The notes under the pieces were generated by a model. It ran no database searches. It was not told the DNA's origin and worked only from the letters and a program-made list of their open reading frames with translations. Positions 54,718 to 64,000 of a DNA stretch of 64,000 bases are shown piece after piece (positions within the stretch are counted from its first letter, which is position 1; every line of letters begins with the position of its first letter). The DNA comes from an uncultured candidate division Zixibacteria bacterium. GTDB taxonomy: Bacteria; Zixibacteria; MSB-5A5; UBA10806. Position numbers and translations under genes: made by a program. Where the stretch lies: positions 64,001 through 128,000 of the forward strand of contig CAWDFP010000007.1 in the NCBI GenBank assembly GCA_963801605.1, given 5' to 3'.

Positions 54718-54915
54718 TTGGTTGAAAAAACCCAGGAAGTAGACAAGGAATCCAAGGAGATTCCTGCCCAGAAGGATGAGAGTCGTCAAGACGACCAGAG
54801 TCCAGAGGTGAACCATGAGCGTATTGCCAGGATGAAAAAGGCTTTTCGTCCAACATGGCTTCACGACCAGATTAATTCCAACGGCAACGGTAAAGGCTCC
54901 GTCAAAAAAGACTAA
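54718..54915 (+). CDS. Small charged hypothetical protein (65 aa)
   Basis: AAGGAGG 8 nt before an in-frame TTG within the tracked 76-aa ORF. Confidence 0.55.
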   Translation: MVEKTQEVDKESKEIPAQKDESRQDDQSPEVNHERIARMKKAFRPTWLHDQINSNGNGKGSVKKD

Positions 54916-55133
54916 AAAATAATCCTTGACTTTTGACCTGGAGGGGTTAATCATTAATAAGCGGGCATATAATATGCAAGCTCTTTGAGAAGTTTTCTAA
55001 GGGTTCACGTTTCGTATTTGGAGCTTGATAAATTAGAGAAGCTCTCAGAGATCGAAAAAAAATTAAAGCGGTCTTATGTATTAGGTGTCTTCTTACCCCC
55101 TCCGGAAGATATTTGAGGCTAAGGCCGCAAAAG

Positions 55134-55161
55134 AGGCCCCGTAATGGGGCCTTATTTTTTT
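55134..55161 (+). terminator. Intrinsic terminator (likely bidirectional)
   Basis: AGGCCCC/GGGGCCT + T-run. Confidence 0.85.
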
Positions 55162-55170
55162 GGGGTATTT

Positions 55171-56274
55171 TTATTCCTTAGTGGTGAATTTAATAGGATA
55201 TATAATCCAAACCGGCAGATTTATACCATTGGAGGAGGCCGGGATAAAAAGGCTTTCTTTGGCGGCTTTGATCGCGGATTCCTCGAAACCGACGCCGGGG
55301 GCATCACAAGATACAATCTCCGCTTGTTTGATGGTACCATCGCTTTCCACGCGCGCCCGAACCATCAAGGTACTTGAAAGGCCGCTCTTCTTAGCCCATT
55401 CCGGATATTCGGGAATAACCATTTTCACAGCCGTGGGCGCCTTTTCAACAGTAACGATTACGCTTGATTGCGGCAAAGCAACCTGAACGGAGCCAGGAGC
55501 GGCGTGATAATCCGCCATCGATGCCTGGCGCGATTGCTTGTCGGGCACCATACGAGCGTCAGCCATTGTAAAAGCGCCAACGCTGACGGTATCCCCAGGC
55601 TGCAAAACCGTATCGGCCACAAAACCGAGGGAGGTTGGCTGTTTTGCCGGCGCTATTTCCATAGCCAGGGTTTTTCCCGAATCGGCAGTTGGTGCAGGAA
55701 TAACGGCGATTAACTCACCTGGTTTCTCCGATGTCAAAGCTTTCGCAACGGTAATCTCTTGGCGAGGCGCTTTCATTTTCGGAGCGGGTGCGGCAGGCGC
55801 TTTGTTACCCGCGGGTGTTTCAGCGGGTGGAGAAGGCAAATTAGCGCGATTCAATTCGAGGTTCAGTACCCTATACTCATCGCCCCCGACTTTATCTTTT
55901 TGGGTAATCGTCATTGGCGTTTGAATCTCACTTAAATCGGAAATCGATTTTACCAGGAATAAGACAATCGAAGCCGCCAATGCAAAAGAGAAAGCCATCC
56001 GAAGCGAATATTTTTTGGATATCTTTTCCGGAATTATCACGGGAGCTATCTGACCCCGGATTTTTCGCATGACGGCAGCGTCAAAAGCGGCGCCATCAAT
56101 TGCAGACATGACCTGCCTGCCGTGGTCCGCGGAAACCTGAAGCGCTTTGATATTCAGGAATGCTTCGCTGCACTCAGGGCACAGAGCCAAATGCCGATCC
56201 AATTCGGCTTTTTCAGAGGGCGAAATATCCGGATATAACCAGAGCAGCCTATCTATTTTTTTGCAATCGCTCAA
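55171..56274 (-). CDS. Zinc-binding anti-sigma (zf-HC2) fused to a TonB C-terminal domain
   Basis: HLALCPEC, one TM helix, Pro/Ala linker, PEYPEWAKKSG...F.PA...G. Confidence 0.8.
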   Translation of the reverse strand: MSDCKKIDRLLWLYPDISPSEKAELDRHLALCPECSEAFLNIKALQVSADHGRQVMSAIDGAAFDAAVMRKIRGQIAPVIIPEKISKKYSLRMAFSFALAASIVLFLVKSISDLSEIQTPMTITQKDKVGGDEYRVLNLELNRANLPSPPAETPAGNKAPAAPAPKMKAPRQEITVAKALTSEKPGELIAVIPAPTADSGKTLAMEIAPAKQPTSLGFVADTVLQPGDTVSVGAFTMADARMVPDKQSRQASMADYHAAPGSVQVALPQSSVIVTVEKAPTAVKMVIPEYPEWAKKSGLSSTLMVRARVESDGTIKQAEIVSCDAPGVGFEESAIKAAKESLFIPASSNGINLPVWIIYPIKFTTKE

Positions 56275-56834
56275 ACCAGATTACCTCTATTAATAAGTTC
56301 GGTCAATCGTTGCCTGGCCCTGAACAGCCGCGACATAACGGTGCCGATTTTAATCTTCAATATTTGGGATATCTCCTCATACCCATAATTGCCATAGGCC
56401 TTGAGCACCAACACTTCTTTGAGCTTGTCAGGCAGCCTCTCAATCGCCGTTTCCACGTCGGCCAACCGTTGGTTAGAATCATCGGAACTTGATTCAATTT
56501 TCGATTCCTGAGAGGCATCGAGTTCATTTATCTCGCGAAATACCCGGCCCCGTCTGGTATGCCGTCGGAGTCTGTCACGACACTCATTCATACTTACGCT
56601 GGCGGCCCAGGCCGAGAAATCCCGGGACTGATCGAAGCTCTTCAGGTGGAAATAAATTTTAACGAAACTGTCCTGGGCTGCCTCCTCGGCCTCGATTTTA
56701 TCTCCCAGCATCCGGTAGCAAATCCCCAAAATCCTCTGCCTGTGCCTTAAGAGAAGCTGCTCGAAGGCTTTATCGTCACCATGAAGAACCAGGCCGATAA
56801 GCTCTATATCCCGGATACTATCGCCCACGAGCAA
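56271..56834 (-). CDS. ECF sigma factor
   Basis: GDDKAFEQL, AEEAAQDSF, YEEISQIL..GTVMSRLFRAR. Confidence 0.92.
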   Translation of the reverse strand: MLVGDSIRDIELIGLVLHGDDKAFEQLLLRHRQRILGICYRMLGDKIEAEEAAQDSFVKIYFHLKSFDQSRDFSAWAASVSMNECRDRLRRHTRRGRVFREINELDASQESKIESSSDDSNQRLADVETAIERLPDKLKEVLVLKAYGNYGYEEISQILKIKIGTVMSRLFRARQRLTELINRGNLV

Positions 56835-57090
56835 GAGATTCCCTGTTTCTATACGTTTTGGAGTTGCGCTTATTCCCCATCGAATCGGGGACTAGCCGTT
56901 TCCATGCGCTAAATCTTGCATATAACATGGGTTATGGCAATATATTTTTTTACTTAGACAATCGCCCTGCTATAATTAGGAGCCTGGCGATCCCAATTCT
57001 TTGAGGTTGCGTATGTCCGGGAGTATCTATTATCATTGAGACTTAGTGGATAAATCCCAATAGCGAATAGGGGATAGGCAAATAGATAAT

Positions 57091-57393
57091 TTGATTGTGG
57101 TTATGGTCTCTTGCGCCTCTGAAGAAGAAGCCCAAAAAATCGCAGGGCTATTAGTGGAAGCTCATCTGGCGGCCTGTGTCAATATCATGCCTGTACGGTC
57201 CATATATGAGTGGCAGGGGAAATTAGAAGATCAAAAAGAGTGGCTTATGTTGATCAAGTCAGAAAATTCGCATTTTGATGATATTAAGACAATGGTCTCG
57301 GCTAACCATTCTTATGAAATTCCGGAGATAGTCGCTCTAGATATTAGTATGGCGTCTGAAAAATATGGCGATTGGATAAGGAATTTTTTTTAG
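57091..57393 (+). CDS. cutA: Divalent-cation tolerance protein CutA
   Basis: LAACVN, SIYEWQG, HSYEIPE. Confidence 0.92.
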   Translation: MIVVMVSCASEEEAQKIAGLLVEAHLAACVNIMPVRSIYEWQGKLEDQKEWLMLIKSENSHFDDIKTMVSANHSYEIPEIVALDISMASEKYGDWIRNFF

Positions 57394-57424
57394 GATAAAA
57401 TAATTAGACAAGAGGGTATTCGTA

Positions 57425-57845
57425 ATGAACAGTATCAATGTAAATGACGGTTTTCTGATAAGATGCGATATCGGAGATGAAATCGTATCGAGGCTAAAGG
57501 GATTCGCCGTCGAGAATAAGATTTACTCCGGGACTGTGCTGGGGATCGGCTCCATTAAGGATCCGGAATTGGGCTATTATGATATCGAAAAGAAGATATA
57601 TCTTAAAAAACGATTTGAGGGTGATTATGAACTCTTAAATCTATCGGGCAATTTTGCCAGGTTTGGCGAGGAAGTAATTCTGCATTGCCATGCAACTATT
57701 GTCGGACCCCGAATTTCATGTCATTGGCGGGCACTTGTTCAGAGCCGACGTGGCGGTAACAACCGAATTTTATATCAGGCCGGGCGGAATTGAACTCAAT
57801 CGGGCCCTCGATAAACAAACAGGACTCAACCTGCTTAAATTCTAA
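57425..57845 (+). CDS. PPC/DUF296-domain protein, frameshift near 57706
   Basis: GIGS, ELLNLSGN, HCHA; IGGHL continues in another frame to TAA at 57845. Confidence 0.8.
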
Positions 57846-58603
57846 TGGCCCTAATAACGCTTGCCACAGACTATGGAGATCGTGACGGCTACAGCGCCGC
57901 CTTAATCGGCGTTATAAAAACGATAGCGCCGTCAGCGGAGGTTATTGAGGCTTCCAACAATCTGACGACGATAGCTAAAACATCGCTGGCGCTGTGGCGT
58001 TATTACGCGCAGTATCCCAAAGGAACTATTCATTTGGTGGTTGTCGATCCCACAGTTGGGACATCAAGACGAGCGTTGATAGGGATTGGCGGCGGATATT
58101 ATTTCGTCGGCCCTGATAATGGCATTTTTTCAAGGGTTATCGAGGACAATCCCCAAATGAACTGGTATGAAATTGACCAAGTCAGGCTTCCGAAAAGAAC
58201 GATATCTCAGACCTTTCATGGACGAGATATCTTTGCACCGGCGGCGGCTTTGTTGGCCCGGGGCGATCCTCCGGAATCGTTTGCATCTAAAATTACGAAT
58301 CCTATTGTGATGGTTGTCCCCCAGCCTGTTTTCACTGCCGGGCGTATCTCCGGTGAAATTATAGATATTGACTCTTTCGGAAACCTGATTATTAATATCA
58401 GGGGGGAGAACTTGAGCGAAAAGCCTAAAGTTGCCATAAAAGGGCATAGGATAAGATTCGGAAAAACTTTCGCCGATGTTAAGCCCGGCAATCCAGTGGC
58501 CTATATCGGAAGTCTGGGCTTGCTGGAGATTGCCGTTAATGGTAAGCGGGCGGATAAATACTATGGGGCAAAAGTGGGGAATAAAGTGACGGTATCAATA
58601 TGA
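57845..58603 (+). CDS. SAM hydroxide adenosyltransferase (chlorinase/fluorinase, DUF62) family
   Basis: TDYG, VVDPTVG..R, GPDNG, TFHGRDIFAP, DSFGN. Confidence 0.92.
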   Translation: MALITLATDYGDRDGYSAALIGVIKTIAPSAEVIEASNNLTTIAKTSLALWRYYAQYPKGTIHLVVVDPTVGTSRRALIGIGGGYYFVGPDNGIFSRVIEDNPQMNWYEIDQVRLPKRTISQTFHGRDIFAPAAALLARGDPPESFASKITNPIVMVVPQPVFTAGRISGEIIDIDSFGNLIINIRGENLSEKPKVAIKGHRIRFGKTFADVKPGNPVAYIGSLGLLEIAVNGKRADKYYGAKVGNKVTVSI

Positions 58604-58667
58604 AATTATTTCAATTCGGGTGGCATCAGGATATCGCAAGGCTCCATCCTGAGGCATACGAGGTAAT

Positions 58668-59429
58668 ATGATCTGTCCGGTCTGCAATACGGATGGCGAT
58701 CGGGTAATAGATTCTCGTCCGACGCCCGATGGCAAGGCTATCAGGCGGCGCCGCGAATGCCTGGCCTGCGGCAACAGGTTCACCACGTACGAACAGGTCG
58801 AGGCTCCCGGGCCGGCTGTAATAAAAGCCGACGGACATCGCGAGAGTTTCAATATCGATAAGCTGGCCAATTCGCTTCAAATGGCATTAAAAAAGAGGCC
58901 GGTATCTCATGACAGGCTTCAGGCGGTCGTGACCGATCTTTCGATCCGAATAAAAAACGATTTCCCAGCGGAAATAACGACGTCTCAAATCAGCGACCTC
59001 GTTCTCAACGAACTTCTCAAGTTAGATGAGGTAGCATACGTTCGATACGCGTCCCACAGGCGGACATTTGCCGATAAAGATGAGTTCATAACATCGCTGA
59101 GGGCTTTGCCAAGTTCACTTCAGGTGGTTAAGACCAGCGGACGGTATGAACCGTTCAAACGCGATAAACTGCTTTCCTCGATGATCATCGCGCTGCGCAA
59201 AAGGCCGGTATCGCGGCGAAAAATCGAGAAGGTGGCTGAAGAGATAATCGAATCTTTCGCCGAGCGCAGCGAAGTCAGCTCCTCGGAGATTGGCATTCTG
59301 GTTATGAAAAGATTGCGCGAAATAGATGAAGTTGCCTATATCCGTTATGCCTCCGTATACCGCAAATTCCGCGATGCCGCCGAATTCACCAAGGAAGTAG
59401 AGAATCTCTCCGGAGAGGAAACGGCATGA
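58668..59429 (+). CDS. nrdR: NrdR with two ATP-cone domains
   Basis: CPVC..VIDSR..RRRRECLAC..RFTTYE, then two ATP-cones each ending DEVAY.RYAS. Confidence 0.9.
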   Translation: MICPVCNTDGDRVIDSRPTPDGKAIRRRRECLACGNRFTTYEQVEAPGPAVIKADGHRESFNIDKLANSLQMALKKRPVSHDRLQAVVTDLSIRIKNDFPAEITTSQISDLVLNELLKLDEVAYVRYASHRRTFADKDEFITSLRALPSSLQVVKTSGRYEPFKRDKLLSSMIIALRKRPVSRRKIEKVAEEIIESFAERSEVSSSEIGILVMKRLREIDEVAYIRYASVYRKFRDAAEFTKEVENLSGEETA

Positions 59430-60184
59430 CAGGCAGTAAGCCATCAGATATGCCGATCCTGGATCATCTTGAAGAACTGCGCTGGCGGATCATCAAGATT
59501 CTGATAGCCCTTTGTATAGCATCGATAGGCAGTTATTTTTTTACCGATACGTTTTTTAGATGGATACGGTGGCCTCTTGACGCCGGCACGCCTCCGGGTA
59601 AAATCATTACCCTGAATTATCTGCGGATCGGGGAAAGCTTCAGCGTCAGGATAAAAATGGCGCTCATGGCGGGGATTTTTATCTCTATTCCCATAACACT
59701 TTTTCAAATCTGGCGTTTTATCGCTCCGGGGCTATACAAACATGAGAGACGGCGAATACTGCCGCTGGTTTTCTGGTCGTCAGTGCTATTTCTGATAGGG
59801 GCAGGAATGTGTTTTTTCTGGATGATGCCGATCACGATCAGATTTCTGCTGACTATCGCCCCGGAGAACGTGACCCCGGTGTTGACGATTAACGAGTATA
59901 TTAATTTCGTGATGTGGACTACAATTTCGTTCGGTGCCGTATTTCAGCTTCCGTTAATTGCGCTCTTTCTGGGAAAACTTGGAATCATCAACTGGCGAAT
60001 GATGGCTCAGGGAAGGCGTTACGCGATCGTGGGTATCGCGATAGTTGCGGCGATAGTCACCCCCAGTACGGATGCGCTTTCGATGATCCTCCTGGGTTTA
60101 CCATTATATTTACTTTATGAAATCTCGATCTGGCTGGTACGTTTTCAGGCAAGGAAACGTCCAAAGCCGAATCCAGCCGTCTAA
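59426..60184 (+). CDS. tatC: Twin-arginine translocase TatC
   Basis: MPILDHLEELRWR, WRFIAPGLY.HE, FQLP, LYE. Confidence 0.95.
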   Translation: MTGSKPSDMPILDHLEELRWRIIKILIALCIASIGSYFFTDTFFRWIRWPLDAGTPPGKIITLNYLRIGESFSVRIKMALMAGIFISIPITLFQIWRFIAPGLYKHERRRILPLVFWSSVLFLIGAGMCFFWMMPITIRFLLTIAPENVTPVLTINEYINFVMWTTISFGAVFQLPLIALFLGKLGIINWRMMAQGRRYAIVGIAIVAAIVTPSTDALSMILLGLPLYLLYEISIWLVRFQARKRPKPNPAV

Positions 60185-60546
60185 TTGACTCGAAATTGAG
60201 ATTTATCTATTAATTAGAACTTATTTCGCCAACGGAATAATTGGGCTTCAAGGTTGTAATAATGGATAAAGCGGAGGTTGTTGTGATCTATGTAACCTCT
60301 TTTCTGCCATCTGGCAAATAATTTGGAACATAGGCAGGAACAGATAAGTTAATTATATAAGAAGGATTTATGAAGCGAGTTTGGTATGTGCTTCGACCCA
60401 ATTTTACCATAAAATACGAAATCTATATTAAGGGGGAAGGATGCCCCTTTTCGAACAAAGTATGAGCCTCAATTATATTTTTTGGGGCTTAAATTGTTAA
60501 GGCGGAATAATTACATATATCAAACTTGGCAAGGCGGCAGGTTAGT

Positions 60547-63405
60547 ATGAAAAAAGGCAATATTTATCTTCGAGCCATAATAATATTATTCAGTTTATCG
60601 ACAGCCACTGCTTATGCCCAGTTTGATTTCGGACAGAACAAAATTCAGTATTCGCAATTTGACTGGCAGGTGTTAACCACTGATCATTTCGAAATTTATT
60701 TTTATCCGCAGGAAAAAGATATCGCCGAAACAGCGGCTCAATTGGCCGAGGATTCGTACGATTTCCTTCAGGGGAAATTCAATTTCACGATTAATAAAAA
60801 AGTACCCTTCATCGTATATAGCTCTCCGGTATTTTTCGAACAAACCAATATCGTACCGGGTATCCTTCCCGAAAACGTAGCCGGATTTACCGAATATTAT
60901 AAGCAACGCGTTGTAATTCCTTTCAATGGATCGATGTCGGATTTCGCTCACGTCATAAGGCATGAGTTAACTCACGTTTTTACCTTTCGGAAAATGGCCT
61001 ATGTAGACAAAATTCATAACAAAAAGACAATGGCCCAGGCGCCATTGTGGTTTACCGAGGGTATCGCCGAATACTGGTCGGAAGGCTGGAATAAAGAAGC
61101 CGACATGTTCATGCGCGATATGGCGGTAAGCGGCCATATTATTAATGTCGAGGATCTATATTCGATTTCCGGTTCATTTTTAATGTATAAGGTTGGCCAG
61201 TCGCTCCTCAAATATATGGGCGATACTTATGGTGACGATAAACTCACGGAGCTATTCGACAACTGGTGGAAGGGACAGGATTTCGAGAAAATAGTAAAAA
61301 TCACTTACGGCAAAAGCCTGGAGACTATCGGCGGAGAGTGGGAATACCAACTCAAGAAAAGCTATTACCCGCTGTTGCAGCAGCATGAGTTAGTTGAACG
61401 CAAATCTACGCAACTCACCAGTAAGGGTTATAATATCAAGCCTACTATTTATCTGAAGGATACCAAGAATGGGCGTGAAGAGCATATTGCTTTCAAATCT
61501 TATAGATTGGGATACTCCAGCATTGCGGATATATCTCTCGATGGCGAAAAGGCGGGGTATCACAATCTTATAAAAGGAGAACGCTCGGAGGATTTCGAAT
61601 CTTTGCATTTTAACGAAACGGGAATAGATTGTAATAATAACGGTCTGCTGGCTTTCGCATCCAAGAATCAGGAAAAGGACGTTTTATATATTTACGATAC
61701 CAGGCGAAACGCGATAGTCGATAAAATTGAAAACGATTCGCTGATTTCGATTGCTTCGCCGTCATGGTCTCCCGATGGCAGGAAGATCGCATTCGAGGGT
61801 ATTGACCGCGGGGGACGTTCCGACCTTTATATATTCAATTTCGGCAATCGTGAATTTACCCGATTGACCAATGACGTTTATGCAGACAGATCGCCGGTTT
61901 ATTCGCATAACGATCAAAATCTAATTGCTTTTTCATCAGACCGCGGACTCGAAGGGTTCAAGGGTGCGCGCAATCTATTCCTCTATCATGTCGATACCGG
62001 AGAGATTACCAGGCTTACCAGCGGCAATCAGCTCGATGTGACGCCGATCTGGTCAAAGAGCAGCGACAGGCTGATCTTTTCGTCGGACCGCAGCGGGGCG
62101 ATGAATATATATGTCATGGACGGTGTGACGGGCGATAATCCGATAATTTTCCAGATGACAAATTTTGTGACCGGGGCATTTGATCCGGTGTTAGCTCGTA
62201 ATGATTCGGTGGTGGTGTTCTCGGCCTACGCAGACCAGGCCTATAATATCTTCAAGATGGAACTTCCCGCCGAATCTCAGGCAATAGCCAGCGAAAACGC
62301 TCGCACTGCCGAAAGCGCCGGCGACTCGTCCCTGGCGGTTGCCTCTCCGGTGGAATGGAGCCTGGCGGATGCCTGGTCCCGTCCAAAGCTTAAAGGTCAG
62401 CTTTCCCAGGGATCGGTTAAGTATCATCCAAAATTCTCATTTGATATTGCCCAATCGGCAGTTTCCTATGATGCCATTACCGGCAGCGCCGGCGGCCTTC
62501 AAATGGCTATGACCGATGTTCTTGGCAATCATCAATATTATTTCCTGCTTTCCAACACTGCCACATCCAGATCAACGTTCCTGAAGAGTTTCAATTTTGG
62601 CGCTACTTATATCAATCGAACGCATCGTCTCAACTGGGGCGCGGGAATATTCCATTTTTATAACGAATATGATGATGATTATTACGGTTATGTCGCCGAA
62701 CGCGATTACGGCGTTTTGTTTCTGGCCAGCTATCCGTTATCGCGCTTTAGAAGAATTGAATCGGTTATCGCGTTCAAACAGGTCGATAAGCAAACCCTGT
62801 TGCCGAACAGTCCGCATGGTACCAGCGCCTCGGCGTCGCTGTCTTATGTAAAGGATACATCGATCTGGCGTCCCACAGGCCCAATCGATGGTATGAGATA
62901 TAATTTAACCATTTCCGAGGCAGTGGATTTATCTCATTCCAGATTATTCAGCAGTTCCTATAATATCGATATCCGAAAGTATTTCAGGCTGGCGGCCAAT
63001 TCGGCATTTGCCTCCAGGGTGATGTATATACGTTCGTTTGGCGAAGATCCGGAGAGATATTATCTGGGGGGAAGCTGGTCGCTGCGCGGATATCCTCAGC
63101 GCTTCCTTTACGGGAAAAGCATGATGTTAATCAATAATGAACTTCGCTTTCCGCTGATTAATGACCTTCAGTTGGGATTTCCATTTGGAAATATCAGATT
63201 TTCGGCAATCAGCGGGGCTCTTTTCCTCGATGCCGGGAACGCCTGGGAAAATCATTTTGGCAGTATGTATGGAAGTTTCGGAATTGGATTCAGGGTACCG
63301 CTTGGGTATATAACGGTTTTAAGATTCGATTTTGCCAAGAGGACCGATTTCCATTATGTAAATCGAGCCACGAATTTTGATTTCTTCTTCGGGTGGGATT
63401 TCTAA
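60547..63405 (+). CDS. Metallopeptidase-like + TolB/PD40 propeller + Omp85 barrel fusion
   Basis: FGQNKIQY, HELTH..WFTEGIAEY, PSWSPDG repeats, LGG..SLRGY, terminal GWDF. Confidence 0.85.
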   Translation: MKKGNIYLRAIIILFSLSTATAYAQFDFGQNKIQYSQFDWQVLTTDHFEIYFYPQEKDIAETAAQLAEDSYDFLQGKFNFTINKKVPFIVYSSPVFFEQTNIVPGILPENVAGFTEYYKQRVVIPFNGSMSDFAHVIRHELTHVFTFRKMAYVDKIHNKKTMAQAPLWFTEGIAEYWSEGWNKEADMFMRDMAVSGHIINVEDLYSISGSFLMYKVGQSLLKYMGDTYGDDKLTELFDNWWKGQDFEKIVKITYGKSLETIGGEWEYQLKKSYYPLLQQHELVERKSTQLTSKGYNIKPTIYLKDTKNGREEHIAFKSYRLGYSSIADISLDGEKAGYHNLIKGERSEDFESLHFNETGIDCNNNGLLAFASKNQEKDVLYIYDTRRNAIVDKIENDSLISIASPSWSPDGRKIAFEGIDRGGRSDLYIFNFGNREFTRLTNDVYADRSPVYSHNDQNLIAFSSDRGLEGFKGARNLFLYHVDTGEITRLTSGNQLDVTPIWSKSSDRLIFSSDRSGAMNIYVMDGVTGDNPIIFQMTNFVTGAFDPVLARNDSVVVFSAYADQAYNIFKMELPAESQAIASENARTAESAGDSSLAVASPVEWSLADAWSRPKLKGQLSQGSVKYHPKFSFDIAQSAVSYDAITGSAGGLQMAMTDVLGNHQYYFLLSNTATSRSTFLKSFNFGATYINRTHRLNWGAGIFHFYNEYDDDYYGYVAERDYGVLFLASYPLSRFRRIESVIAFKQVDKQTLLPNSPHGTSASASLSYVKDTSIWRPTGPIDGMRYNLTISEAVDLSHSRLFSSSYNIDIRKYFRLAANSAFASRVMYIRSFGEDPERYYLGGSWSLRGYPQRFLYGKSMMLINNELRFPLINDLQLGFPFGNIRFSAISGALFLDAGNAWENHFGSMYGSFGIGFRVPLGYITVLRFDFAKRTDFHYVNRATNFDFFFGWDF

Positions 63406-63416
63406 GAATTATCGAT

Positions 63417-63453
63417 AGGCCCGCTGTGAAATTGCTGGCTCGCGGGCTTTTTT
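63417..63453 (+). terminator. Intrinsic terminator
   Basis: AGGCCCGC/GCGGGCTT + T-run. Confidence 0.6.
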
Positions 63454-63679
63454 ATGCGGACAAATAACCTCAATTTAGATCAAATATTTTTGCTATTAAT
63501 AATTCGATATTGGTGCGCCGGGGACCTGTTAAGGCTGTCAGTTTGTTCTATAGATGAGTAATTCAGAAAATATTCGGCCATAAAAATGGCTTGTGACATT
63601 TTGGGGGCGTTTCTATATTCGAGTTCGATTTATCCGATCAATTGAAATGTAAGATAACGCAGCCAAGGGGAGGGAAAAG

Positions 63680-64000
63680 TTGGCATCATCCCAAAAATTA
63701 TTTCTGCGCTCAATCATCATTCCCGGGATTGAGCTATTTGCGCTATTACTATTCGCGTGCGGTCACCAGGCGCCAATACTCATTTCTAAGATCGAAAATG
63801 CCTGTAGCTGGAGCCAGGGGGGAAGCAACGCAACGCGCACAGCATACGTGCCGGCTAACGCCAATGGGTTTCCGAAACCGATCTGGAACCGCAAACAGGA
63901 AACACCTTTATTAATCGAACCGACGGTTGGATCCGGATATTTGTTTATCCCAACTACCAATGAGCGAATCTCAATAGTCTCATACGAAGACGGCAGCCGG
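63680..64000 (+). CDS. Lipoprotein, probable PQQ-like beta-propeller (BamB-like), truncated by window
   Basis: TTG after GGAGG; LLLFAC lipobox; WSQGGSNATRT; frame open to the window end. Confidence 0.6.
   Translation, partial: MASSQKLFLRSIIIPGIELFALLLFACGHQAPILISKIENACSWSQGGSNATRTAYVPANANGFPKPIWNRKQETPLLIEPTVGSGYLFIPTTNERISIVSYEDGSR

Noticed and set aside
54514..54954. 146-aa hydrophobic minus-strand ORF as a membrane protein or toxin
   Set aside because: Looks like the antisense of the A-rich plus-strand ORF, which has the better RBS; not fully excluded

Overview
A 64-kb chromosomal window from a moderate-GC Gram-negative bacterium. The Cys-rich dockerin-like C-terminal domains suggest Zixibacteria or an FCB relative (inference). 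Most of it is housekeeping: recJ end, biotin carboxylase and carrier, AAA+/vWA pair, sigma54 two-component pair, divergent cytochrome bd-like pair, rlmN, proline dehydrogenase, purF/purB/purS/purQ, guaB, fur-feoB-DtxR/FeoA, truA, transaldolase, psd/pssA, tatA/tatC, Rrf2-iscS-iscU, nrdR, an ECF sigma with anti-sigma, an Omp85-family gene and four tRNAs. Region 40.6-49.8 kb holds three secreted proteins sharing one dockerin-like tail. About ten genes carry small indels that look like long-read errors. Main highlights: (1) a secreted Omp28/thioredoxin-fold protein with an in-frame UGA (C-U-x-x-C) and a SECIS-like hairpin, missed by the ORF track; (2) a ~570-nt end-paired structured non-coding element followed by a small ORF and a second structured RNA; (3) an IscS lacking its PLP lysine; (4) a structured element among GTAG REP-like palindromes after purF. 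No CRISPR array, transposase or prophage was seen.
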